From Vicugna vicugna (lineage: Eukaryota): a stretch of 62,000 nt of DNA. Made by a program: the position numbers and the translations under genes. The notes beneath the pieces are model-generated. The model worked only from the letters and a program-made list of their open reading frames with translations, was not told where the DNA came from and did no database searches. Below are positions 1 through 11,150 of the stretch, piece after piece. The stretch is from the NCBI GenBank assembly GCA_013265495.1, contig MU058004.1:1-62000 (forward strand). The letters are read 5' to 3'. Numbering within the stretch: the first letter of the stretch is position 1; each line of letters starts with the position of its first letter.

Positions 1-46
1 CAACACTGTAAAATGATAATGAATCAATAAAAAATGTAAAAAAAAG
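1..46 (+). mobile_element. 3' tail of a young lineage-specific L1, cut by the window edge
   Basis: caacactgtaaaatgataatgaatcaataaaaaatgtaaaaaaaaa closely matches the 3' end of the L1 at 58071-58116, including AATAAA and the A-tail. Confidence 0.8.
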
Positions 47-530
47 TGTCACATGTATTTTTAATCACAATGAAAATAATGTAGGAATGTAGTGCTGATA
101 CAACTTACAACATTAACAAACACTGAAAAGATCCCTAGTGAAAAAAAGCCGTAAAGAAAAGTTCTCCCAGATCACATGGCCATCATGTGTGCTTTACATC
201 CATCAAGGCTGTCACAGTGAGAGTCTCAGTAACAAACCCAGAAAAAGAAAACAAGCAGAGGTGAAAGTTGAAGTGGGCCAGCGGGTCACACAGTAATGCG
301 GAAGCCACACGGCTTCTTCACTGGTGGGTTATATGACGGCTCCTCGGGAGACTACCCCGTTTTATGTAAAACACCCTACAGTATTTTGTATAAAGGGACA
401 ACTGTGAGTAGTTTTTACTATGAAAGAAATTACTGGGAAGTCCACCACTTTTCAAAACAACCATATCAATACCACAGCAGAGAAGTTGATAAGACAGACA
501 TCAAGCCTTGTTCTAGAAGCCAAGACTCAC

Positions 531-599
531 CCAGACCAAGGTCAGCCAGAGGTGTGATGCTCATCGCCCTCGTAGGAGTCCACTTGTTATTAAGAGGCA
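531..599 (-). CDS. 69-bp phase 1-1 internal exon (VPLNNKWTPTRAMSITPLADLGL) of an unidentified gene, copy A
   Basis: Acceptor ctcctcccacAG and donor G|GTGAGT are intact. This is the only frame open in both duplicates, with synonymous or conservative changes versus 7089-7157. Confidence 0.5.
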
Positions 600-699
600 C
601 TGTGGGAGGAGTACACCCGTAGCCAGCAAGTCTTGGATCCTGTGCACAACCTGGGATGCAGGAGAAACGGTGAGATTTTAACATTACAATTTTCCACAA

Positions 700-1367
700 C
701 ACTTAACAAACAGTTGTTAAAATAAACAAATTCAATAAAGTTCAATAAGAAATCAATGTACAAAAATCAGCTGCATTTCTATACACTAATAATAACCCAT
801 CAGAAGGAAAATTCAAGGAAACAATCACATTTATAATTGTATCAAAAAGAACAAAATATCCAGGAACAAATTTAACCAAGGATGTGGAAGACTTGTACTC
901 AAAAAACTATAAGCCATTGAAAAAGAAATTAAAGAAGACAAAAATAAACAGAAAAATGTTCTGTACTCATGGATTGGAAGAATTACTGGTATTAAATTAT
1001 TGATTCTACCCAAAGCTATCAACAAATTCACTGCAACAACAACGTAATGTTCAATGATATGTTTCACTGAAATAGAAATAACAATCCTGTTATTAATGTA
1101 GGACAACTAAGGACCCTGAACAACCAAAGAAGTTCTGAGAAAGGAGGACACAACTGGAGGCATCTCCTTCCCTAGCATCAAACTGTATCACGGAGCTGCA
1201 GTGACCACAACAGTGAGGAACTGGCACAAACACAGACACACGGATGAGAGTAACAGCATAAAGAGCCCAGAGATAAACCCGCATGGCTGTGGTCAGTTAA
1301 TTCATGAAAATGGGGCCAAGGACATAAAAAGAGGGAGGGACACCCCCCTCAATAAACATTGCCAGGG
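700..1367 (+). mobile_element. Old degenerate L1 ORF2 fragment (region after the RT core)
   Basis: Degenerate QKSVAFLY..., CSWIGR..., LPKAI... motifs homologous to the L1 at 56181, with stops and frameshifts. Confidence 0.85.
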
Positions 1368-1509
1368 NNNNNNNNNNNNNNNNNNNNNNNNNNNNNNNNN
1401 NNNNNNNNNNNNNNNNNNNNNNNNNNNNNNNNNNNNNNNNNNNNNNNNNNNNNNNNNNNNNNNNNNNNNNNNNNNNNNNNNNNNNNNNNNNNNNNNNNNN
1501 NNNNNNNNN
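1368..1509. other. Assembly gap (142 N)
   Basis: Run of N. Confidence 1.
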
Positions 1510-1989
1510 CCTCTTTCTGCCTCTGAAGACAGAACTTCCCTAAACAGTCAGCTGCACACAGGAAACTTCTCCCCACTTTGTCTTTTTTTCCTCTTATGGC
1601 ACCTTTTCACAGAGATGCCCAAGAAAACTCAGCCCATGACAGCATGGACACAGCCCCATTGTCTAGAAGACGAAGCTCTGACAGTCCTAAAGAGACCAAG
1701 CCCCTGCCGGCTGTGCAAGGGGCCAAGTCCATGGGCAGAATGCACCTGTGCCCTGTGGGTCAGAGGTGGATCTGGCACCCCGCTGTGGACCATCAGAAAA
1801 GTTCAGGGAGTGCTGAGCTCACAAAGTCCAGGGACCTCATCCTGAATGCAGTTCTGCTGTACGTAGTGCCTTTGGAAATCCAAACTGAAACACAGCCAAA
1901 TGGCTCATTATGCTGTCTCAAAAACTGGTTAAGGAGCAATTAATTAAAAAACGTATAGAATGAAGAGAACATAGACACAAACTTTACAA

Positions 1990-4420
1990 CTGATAGCAAA
2001 ATTCACTCAAGATTGCCCGTAGACAAATTTAAATGGCAAAACTATAAAAATCTTAAAAGGAAAAGGGAGAAAATCTGTAAGACCTTGGGTCTGGTGATGA
2101 ATTTTAACTCGCAACAACAAATGCCTATCTACAAATCAACACAGAATTAATGATGTGGACTTTATAGAACTATAGACGTCTACTCTGTGAAAGGTCTTAT
2201 TCATAAAGGCAAAAGAGAAACCACAAACTAGGAGAAAGCATTTGCAAAATGCACATCTGATAAAGGACTTGTACTCAAGTTATACCAATAAAATCTGGAA
2301 CAAACAACCCCATTAAAAGTGGGTAAAGATAGAAAAACATCTGGGTAAAGAAGGTATACAGATAGAAAATAACCATACAAACATATACTCAAGATCCTAG
2401 TGGAAGACAGGTACGGCCAACTTTGGAAGACACTTTGACAGTTTCTTCCAAAGCTAAACACTCTCAACTTAGAATCAAAAAAAAATCGTCTCTTGAATTT
2501 AGACAACTGCTTTGAAAAACTGTTCAAGCAAAAATTAACATCAAGTAATGCAGAGGAGGTCTATTCATAATGGCTTAGAAACTCAAGTGATCAGTACATC
2601 TTGAATTATTTGAGGCCAAGAGTACAATAAGTAGATAGGTTTCTGGCTGATGTTCTGGGTGACTTCATCAGGTCAAAACTTGGGATTTGACTCAGGCTGA
2701 GATGTGATACAATAGGTCACAATTTCTGAATGGGCTCCTGGATCCATTTGACAGGACTCTCTTCTCAATACAAACTCCATGTTGATTATCCTTTGACAAG
2801 TGAAAGAATCAGTCTGGAGAGGCTACATATGCACTACAGGACACAATTTATATGAAATTCAGAGAAAGGGAAACTGAGAGGTGGTAAACTGGTCATGTGG
2901 GAGTTCTGAAACATTCCATACGATACTTTGTGGTGGACATTTGCCATTATGCATTTGTCTAAACCCATAGGTCTGTATGACCCAACAAGTCAATTCAGTG
3001 ATCAAGTAAGTGGTTGTGTCACAGGATGGAGTACAGGATGTAACACAGGCTCTGTATTAGAAATGTGTGAAAACACTCACTGCTGCTGGTGGAGCAGAAG
3101 GGGCCAGCCTCAGTAACTGCAGGAATGAACAGAACGTGTAGACTAAAGGGAAAACATACTGCATGTAAACAGTGGGATCTGTGAGATCCATTCCACAGGG
3201 GCAGGAGCTAAGAACGCTGAAACCATTCATCTGGAGCAGAATGAGAAATGAATTGAATGGGTGGAAGACGGTGGGAACCAGGATTCTACTGTCTGACTGG
3301 GAGTTACAGATAAGCAGGAGGAAGATGTACCCTGTCCATACAATAATGGATCATGTTGGAGGCATCAGTATAAACCCGTCTTCTGCTTAATATGTATACA
3401 GACATTTCCACATAGAAATCTTTATAATTACGAGTGCATAATATTGGGAAGGGGGAAATTTCACTCTCTATCCCTCTTGTGGCTGGACTAATAATAAAAC
3501 TAACACAAGACAGAGCAGCAGAAGAAAAAGACAATTTAATTCCTACACACAAAAGTCTCATAGAAATGGGAAGTAAGAAGTAGTGAAGACAGGCAGATTT
3601 TATACATCTAGAAAACTATAAATTTGTTAGGAATTGACAGCCTAAAGAAATGCAGCTTTTGGGTACTCAATGAAAAATCTAAACAGAGTTTGGGCTTGGG
3701 CTGGTAAATTAAAGAAGTTACAATATATGTTTATATGCCCTTCTGAACCTTTCACATGACAGGCTTATTTCCTGCTTTTAGGGAGATACAGCGGGGGTCA
3801 GAGTGTCCCTCTTGCTTTGGCCATTTCTAAGTAACTTTAATTTAAAACACTATGTGGTTGTGGCAGATGAATGAGGGATGGTGGTCCCTGAGCAACAACA
3901 ATACACTAAGATGGGAACACATGCACACATTTCCTTGCATTGTCAGCTGAGAACATTTTCCTCCCATATGTAAGTTCTTAAGACCATTCTTTAATTAAAG
4001 GAATCAGGACTCTTTGAAGAAATGGCTTATACTAAGACTGAGACAGTCAATATATGAGCCAGGATCATCTTGAATCTTGTATCAGAAAGTAAGAAATTAC
4101 CAGGGGAGAAAAAACCCAAAAGATGGACTGATCTCAAAAGAAACAGGAGCCAGTGAGAGTTCTCAGTAGCCAAAGCAGGAATGAACTGAGCAACCAAACC
4201 CATGGTGCTGGATTATAACCAAAAGACTGAAATAAATATCCAGGCATCCACAATGGTGAAGTTAAATGATGACATAGGTTGTTGGGATTTTCTTAATAAA
4301 TGGGATTGAATGGAGAATTCCTATGCAGAAGAATTCCTAACAACCCATGACATCCATCAAGGAGGTGGAGCTAAAGCCCCCTCTCCTGAAGTGTCTCTTC
4401 CACATAGTGACCTTCTGCTT
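1990..4420 (+). mobile_element. Fragmented old L1M (ORF2 3' end plus L1MC/MD-like 3'UTR) interrupted by an LTR
   Basis: Recognisable L1 3' ORF2 and 3'UTR motifs (e.g. atctgataaaggacttgta, ttgtctaaacccatag). Boundaries approximate. Confidence 0.6.
3445..3900 (-). mobile_element. ERV1-like LTR fragment
   Basis: Reverse strand ends in an LTR U5-like ...aatttcccccttccca and has an ATTAAA signal. Resembles the LTR at 8530-8806. Confidence 0.5.
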
Positions 4421-4707
4421 AGGTCAGAAGCAAGAGAAGTCCGAGATCCCACTGCTGGGCATGTATCCAGAGCAACACTCTAATGTGAAAAGACACATGC
4501 ACTAACTGATTTTTTTTTTTACCAGAGATGGCAAGATTAAATTGGGGAGAAAATTGTGTTTTCAACAAGTGGTACCAGGCAATTGTCTATCCAGTGAAAT
4601 TTTTTCATTTCTAAGAGAAATGAAATTGGATCCCTGCTTCATACCACATACAAAATTAACTCAAGATACATGAAAAGCTTAAATTTAAAGAGTGGTAAAG
4701 TGACAAT

Positions 4708-5048
4708 CAGCCATCATCTGCTGATTCCACATTTGCAGAACCAGTCTCCTTCAGATAAAAAAATAATAACAATAATTTGAGAAAGTTCCATAAAGAAAAA
4801 CTTGAACTTGTGGCATGCCAGAAACTATTTAAATAACATTATATTTTCTTCACAATTCTTTACATATCATTTACATTGTATTATTTAGTATAAGTGATCT
4901 AGAGATGATTTTAAGTATACAGGAAGCTGTGCTTAGATTATTTGCCAATACTACACCATGTTATATAATGGACTTGAGCACCGACATATATTTAGTATCC
5001 ACAGGGTGTCCTGGAACCAATACCTCACAGATAGGGAGGGAATCTGTA
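4708..5048 (+). mobile_element. MER2-like (Tigger/TcMar) DNA transposon MITE
   Basis: tttacattgtatta...taagtgatctagagatgattttaagtatacagga...gacttgagca...ggtgtcctggaaccaat matches the MER2 consensus as I recall it. Confidence 0.85.
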
Positions 5049-5049
5049 T

Positions 5050-6585
5050 AAACTCTCAAAGAAACAATAGGGATAATTCATCATGACCTTGGAGTTAGCA
5101 ATTTTTTTAGATCTGATAGCAAACACAGCAAGGAAAGAAAAAAATAAATTGCCTTTCCTCAAAATTAAAGACATTTGTACATCAAAGATGCTATCCAGAA
5201 ACTGAAAAGACAGCACACAAAATCAAAGAAAATATTTGCACATTATATACTTGAAAAAAATTTTTATCAAGAATATATCAAGAACTTTTACAACTCATTA
5301 AAAGACAAAACAAACCCAATTTTTAACATGGTGAAAGGACTTAAATAGACCCTTCTCTATATGTAAACTAAAAAAAAAGTACAGTATATTGTATATATGT
5401 ATGTACATGCAATATAATGTATATGTGTAGTCAAATAGCAATCGTCTACCTAATAAAAGTGAAAAATAAGAAAAATCAATAAATAAATAAAATTAAATAT
5501 TTTTTAAAGTAGACCCTTCTCCAGACAAGACAAATAAATAGTCAACAAGCACATGAAAACATGTTTAAAATCAGTTGTGATGGAAATGTAAATGAATACC
5601 ATAATGCCATGCCATTTCAAGCACACTAGAAGCCCTACAATCCAGAAAACTAAAAACAAATATTGGCAAAAATGTACAGAAATTGAAACTTTTAAGCATT
5701 CCTTGAAAAATTGGAAAATGGTACAGCCCATGTTTCCAGTTGGTCATTTCCTCAAAAAGATAAACGTGCAGTTACCTTATGGTTCAACAACTACACTTAG
5801 ACATAGACCCCAAAACATTAAAAATAGGTGTTCAAACAAAAAAAGGTACACAAATATTCACAGCAGCACTATTCACAATGGCCCCAAAGGTAGAACAATT
5901 GAAATGTCCATCAAAGGCTAAACAGATAAACAACAGGGTACATCCATAAACTGCCATGTTATTCTGCCATATGAAGGAATAAAATGGTGCAGCCACGGTG
6001 GAGAACCATACAGGAGTTCCTCAAAAACTTACACATGGGGTTGACATGTGATCCATCAATGCCACTTCAGGATATATGTTCAAAATATCTGAAAGCAGGA
6101 ACTGGAATAGAAATGGGCACACCCATACCCATGGCAGCACTAATCACAACAGCAAAAGGTGGAAACAACTCACCTGTCCATCAGCGGGTGAGTGGATAAA
6201 CTAAATGTGGTGTACACACAGTGGGATACTGCACAGCCTTAAAAACTAAGGAGATTATGACACGCGCTGCAACGTGGATAAATCTTGAAGTCACTATGCT
6301 CAGTGAAATAAGCCAGACAGAGAAGGACAAATATTACAGGATTCCCCTTATACAAGGCATCCAGAGAAGTCAGATGCAGAGATAGAAAGAGTGTCACTGC
6401 CAGGGGCTGAGGGGAGTCAGTGTTCACTGGACACAGGGCTTCCTTGGGGAAAATGAGTAAGTTCTGGAGATGGATGGTGAGGCATCTGTACAACAATGTG
6501 AATCTAGTTAATACCATAGAACAGCATAGTTAAATGGTTTAAGTGGTAAATTTTATGTTTTGTATTTTTTATGACAATGAAAAAT
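5050..6585 (+). mobile_element. Old L1M 3' ends (L1MB-like), at least two nested pieces
   Basis: Degenerate ORF2 C-terminus followed by a typical 3'UTR (gttctggagatggatggtga...ggtaaattttatg). Confidence 0.8.
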
Positions 6586-7088
6586 GTGAATGAATCACTA
6601 ATGATTCAAATTGGATAAAGATTGAAAACATTCTAAGTGAAAGGAGACACAGAAAATGCCACCCAGATCGTACTCATCTTGTGCGCTTTAAATCCATTAA
6701 GATTTTGAAACAGAGGGAAACTCTCAGTAATAGTTTCAGAAAAAGAAAACTGGCACAGAATGGACAAAGGGATTTCCGTAATTTGGGGCAATGGGGAAGG
6801 CTGAAGTGGGCCTGTGGATGGGATTACAAGGTGAACCATACAATCTCTTCATCTGGGGTTTATGTGCTGGTTCCCTGGGAAAGTATCCCAGTGTTAGGTA
6901 AAACCTATTGGAGTATTTTATATGAAGTGTCAAATATGAGTACTGCGTAATGCTATTTAAAGTATTTTATATGGAACTTCATAAGAAAACTTTATAAGAA
7001 ACTATATTACTTTTGAAAATAACCATGTCAATACCACACCAAAAAAGCAGAGAAGACATCAGATTTCCCTATAGAGGCCCACCCTTAA

Positions 7089-7157
7089 CGCGACCCAGTT
7101 CACCCAAAGTGCTGATGCTCATCGCCCTTGCAGGATTCCACATGTAACTTAGAGGCA
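7089..7157 (-). pseudogene. Paralogous 69-bp exon (VPLSYMWNPARAMSISTLGELGR), copy B, with donor mutated
   Basis: Branch-like ctgac plus acceptor tcctaatcttcccacAG. The position equivalent to the copy A donor reads G|TTAAGG. Confidence 0.5.
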
Positions 7158-7254
7158 CTGTGGGAAGATTAGGAGTCAGTGTGTCTTAGGTGCTGTGGAT
7201 GACACAGATGGAGTCCAAACAGAGTGAATTCTGATTTCTAGTTTTCCACATCAA

Positions 7255-7990
7255 ACCATCAAAAAACTGTTAGAACTAATGAATCATTTCAGTAAAGCTA
7301 CAAGGGACAAAATCAATACACAAAAATCAGTTGCCTTTCTATACATTAATAATGAAACATCAGAAAGAGACTTTTTTTTAAATCCCATTTACCAATGCAC
7401 CCAAAAAAATACCTAGGAATACATTTAATCAAGGCTGTGAAAGACCTGCACACTGAAAATTCTAAGACACTGAGGAAAGAAACTGAACAGATGCAAATAA
7501 ATGGAAGGATACCCTGTGCTCATGGACAGAAAGAATTGATATTGTTAAAATGTCCGTTCTACCCAAAGCAGTGCTCAAACTCAAAGCAAGCCTTGTCAAA
7601 TCACTATGCCCTCCACCAGAAAACAACAGAACACTGTGAATTGACTATACTTCAATAAAATAAAATAAACTTCAGTGGCACTTTTCACAGAAACAGAACA
7701 AATGTTCCTAACATTCATATGGAAACACAAAGGACCCTCAACAGCCAAAGACATTCTACAACAGGGAAACAGGCTGGATGCATCTCCCTCCCTGACTTCA
7801 CACTGCATTACAAAAGCACAATCACCAAAAAATTGTGGAATTGGCACAATGACAGGGACATGGACCAGAGAGAGTCTGCAAACAAACCTACGGGGATGTG
7901 GTCAGTTAACTCACAAGAAAGCAGCCAGGAACCTGCACTGGGAAAAGGACAGTCCCCTCGATGAATGGTGCTGGGAAACTGGACACCAGG
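7255..7990 (+). mobile_element. Old L1 ORF2 fragment with a short nested L1 3' tail (~7600-7668)
   Basis: ORF track shows KKYLGIHLIKAVKDLHTENSKTL and FTETEQMFLTFIWKHKGP, both L1 ORF2-like. The nested tail ends ctatacttcaataaaataaaata. Confidence 0.85.
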
Positions 7991-8133
7991 CACCAGAGAA
8001 GGACATGGCACACTCTCTGCACCACACACAAAACCTGACTAAAACCCACAGCGTCCCGCATCCAGCCCTTCCTCCCCCGGGGAAGCCGTCAGCCCTCACG
8101 GGAAGCTTCTCCTCACTTTCCCTTCCTCCTCAC

Positions 8134-8197
8134 CTTCCCTCAGTGCAGCACCTCCTGTTGGGTCCTGAGGAGACTGGGCTCCTGGCAGCGGGGACAT
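8134..8197 (-). CDS. Candidate first coding exon (MSPLPGAQSPQDPTGGAALRE, ends phase 1) of the unidentified gene
   Basis: gtcATGt at 8197-8195 lies downstream of a CpG promoter and ends at strong donor AAG|GTGAGG. Phase is compatible with the 69-bp exon. Confidence 0.4.
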
Positions 8198-8199
8198 GA

Positions 8200-8440
8200 C
8201 CCCCTGTTGTCCCGAAGCCCCGGCAGGTCCTAAGGAGATGCGGTTCCAGGCAGCTGCGCAGGACGCCAAATCCTCGGGCAGAATACATGCACGTTCCTGC
8301 CACAGGTGGGGGAGGCGGGCTCCGGGCCCGGCCAGCCAATGGGAAAGCGCGGGCCCCGCCGCCCCTGCAGCCAGTGGAGGCCCCGCCCTGACAGCGGCTC
8401 TGCTCAGTCCTTTAAACTGGAAATTCAAACTGAAATAGAG
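8200..8440 (-). promoter_or_regulatory. Small CpG-rich promoter
   Basis: CpG cluster inside AT-rich L1 DNA. CCAAT at 8336-8340, GC boxes (ccccgcc, ccccgccc) and a CHR-like TTTGAA (minus) at 8424-8429. Confidence 0.6.
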
Positions 8441-8529
8441 CCCAATATCTGTAACTTCTCCAAATACTTAAGAAACAATTAATTGGAAGCCATACGGAAT
8501 GAAGTGAATGGAGACAAACTTTAAACCTT

Positions 8530-8806
8530 ACACCCTTGTTTGCTGAGCTTTCGTGACAACCTGCCATAAATGACTTCCTCCCTCCCCCAGGCCTCGCTTT
8601 TGTTTTCAGCTGAAGGTGATACTTAAGGTGATGCTTTTGGCCATTTCAGGGAGGAGTCAGTGTTCCTGGGTGTCTCCCCTGTATACAGGAGGTATACACG
8701 TTATTAAACTTGCTTCTTTTTCTCCCTATAATCTGTCTTTTTAGGGGGTGGGGGGTGTCAACCAAGAACCTAGAAGGGGAGAGGGAGAACTGGTTTTCCT
8801 CCCACA
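8530..8806 (+). mobile_element. ERV1-like LTR 3' portion
   Basis: ATTAAA followed by a U5-like ...gaacctagaagg...ttttcctcccacaca terminus. Absent from duplicate copy A. Confidence 0.55.
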
Positions 8807-10787
8807 CACACGCAGTGGAATACTCCTCAGCAATAGAAATTAAACCCTCAACCCGCAGAAAGGCACGGGTAAATCTTACTTGCATGTTACTAAGTGAAAG
8901 AACCCAGTCTGAGGCGGCTGCACACAGTCGGACCCTATTTAGGACAGTTGTGGAAAAGGCAAAACTACATACATGAGCAGATCATGGGGTGGGGGGGGCT
9001 GAAGTGTTCCATGTGTTACTTTAGCTTGGTGTCACTATGATTGTGTCTAAGCCCACACATTTGCACAGCCCAAAGGTCAATCATAATCTACTCAAATTTA
9101 GTGGTTTAGGGTGTAGCAGCATCACAGGGTGGAACACACACTGTGACAGAATCTAACTGTATTAGAAATGAGTGTAAAAACTCACAGTCGGTGGTGGGCA
9201 AGAGGTGCTGACCTAAGTGAACTTTGGAAATGCACAGAACAGTTCTGCAAAGGCAGAATGGACCGTTGTTAACCTGTGGGCTTTGTATTATAAAGTTCTT
9301 TCCGGGGTGTAGTAGCTAACAATTCTGAAACCACTGTGAATGGAACCTGGAAAAGAGAAATGAGTTGATAAAGGGCAGGTGGTGGGAGCCAGGCTCCTCG
9401 CTGCAGGAATGGGAAGTCACAGATGAGCAAGGGGAGAGCCTTGGCCCTCCTACTCCTGGATCTGAGCTTCCTAGGTGGATGGTGTGGGGAGTGAACTGGC
9501 CAGGGCAAGGCACAGCTCTTTACCCTGGGAAGGTCCTGCAGATGTAGGAACCTCACACCCCTTCCTTCCCCCCATACCTGCTGGAAACACCCAGACCTTT
9601 GAAATCAGCCAATGCAGCTTTTCAGACATTCTCACCCTGAGGCAGATAAAGGAGACTGAGGGTCTTGCACTGCTACCCAGCTGTCCCAGAATCCAGGCCC
9701 TGGAGGGTGGAGTCAGGACGGGGTACCTGGATCTCTGGCCAGCACATCAGAGCAAGGAAGAAGACCAGTCCTGACAGCAGGAGTCTCCTGAAGTCTGTGA
9801 GCCCAGTGCCCTGAAGGGATTCATTCCCTGTGGGGACATGGGCAGGGCCTGCAGTGGTTCTATTTTCCACCTGTGCCACTTGGATGAAGCCAGGACAGAA
9901 CTGGACTCAGGGATCCCCTGGCAGTGTTTCAAACTCTGACACAGTGGCTTTACAAAGGAACAGGAGAGTAAAGCTGAGCACCTGACAGCCAATCCTCTCA
10001 CTCTGAGCTGCTTCCATCAGGACCACAGTCCCCTGCATGGAGTTTGCTGTAACTCACCTGTCCGCACCTGGGCTCTCCCCTTCCTCCCTGGAGCCCTCTC
10101 CCAGGCCAGGCACATCTGTCCATCCACTGCATCCCCCCTCACCTTGTGGCTAACAGGCCCCTCACAGGACTGCGACCCTGCCACTCCCCACACCCCAGGA
10201 GGCAGCCCCGCTTTCCCTGGTTGCTGAGCCCAGACATGTGGGGCTTCCCAGTCCCCTACTTTCCTTGTGCCCCGGTGACTGTCAGCTCCTCCTCCAGAGT
10301 CTATGGCCAGTCCCCACAGTAATTTGGCCCAAGCTGGGTCTTGTGCCCGGCTCCTCCATCAGGCCCTGACAAAACTCTCGCTGCCATGGTGCATCTCACA
10401 TCCACTCCCAACGTGGGCTTTCTGAAGCATCAATGAGACAGTGACTCCCTCCCACCAGCAATTCCCCAGTTTTTCCCACTTTGGCTGGGCTGTCTGCAGG
10501 AAGGGACGTTCACTGAGGTCCTGAGAGTCCCTGGCACCCCTGCTAGGCTGCTGGTTCCTGGGTTCCCTGACACTCTGCACCTCAGCAGGCCAGGTGGCAC
10601 AGCCCAAAACCCCAGAATTGCACACCTCAGGAGGGGGCTGGTACTGTGGCTGCTCCGTCAAAGAGAGCAGAGAAGGGCTCCCCAGCTGGGACACAAACTG
10701 CACAGCAGCCTCTCCCTTGCTGTCACATCACCCCCGTGGGACATGAGGGACGGAGGGACTTAGGCACATGTTAGTCCCTCTGCAGGG

Positions 10788-11150
10788 TGGTACCAGCTCA
10801 GTTGTGTCCTCTCAAATTCACACACAGAAGCCCTAACCTCCAGGACCCCAGGATGTGGCTGCATTTGGAGACAGGGTTTTTAAAGGGGTGCTCAAAGTAA
10901 AATGAGGTCACTTGGGTGGATCCTGATCCAATAGGACTGGTGTCCTACAAGAAAATATAAGGACACAGACAGGCACAGAGGGAAGACCATATGAGGACAT
11001 TCAGAGAAGACAGTTATCTACACACCAAGGAGAGAGGCCTCCAGAGGAAACAGCCTGCAGACTTATGACATCCAGGACCAGGAGACATCTGCTGTTTAAG
11101 CCTCCTGGTCTGTGCTGTCTGTTGTGGCAGCCCCAAGCAGACTCATATAC
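10788..11150 (+). mobile_element. MLT1A/B-type MaLR LTR
   Basis: tgtgtcc...gaagccctaacc...atttggagacagggt...aaatgaggtca...ggactggtgtcct...ctgtttaagcc...ggcagccc...aca. Confidence 0.85.

Larger units (their letters stand above)
110..3330. repeat. Copy A of an ancient tandem segmental duplication (partner ~6610-9430)
   Basis: Colinear similarity blocks: 110-460~6620-7020, 460-720~7020-7260, L1 ORF2 piece 720-1367~7260-7985, 1560-1990~8100-8530, L1M 3'UTR 2950-3330~9040-9430. Junctions between unrelated sequence types are shared. Confidence 0.75.
6610..9430. repeat. Copy B of the ancient tandem segmental duplication (partner ~110-3330)
   Basis: Same order of blocks as copy A at ~6.5 kb offset, plus an extra LTR at 8530-8806. 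Confidence 0.75.

Noticed and set aside
1368..1509. The duplication as an assembly artefact around the gap
   Set aside because: The copies are far too diverged, with many indels and separate insertions, to be uncollapsed alleles.
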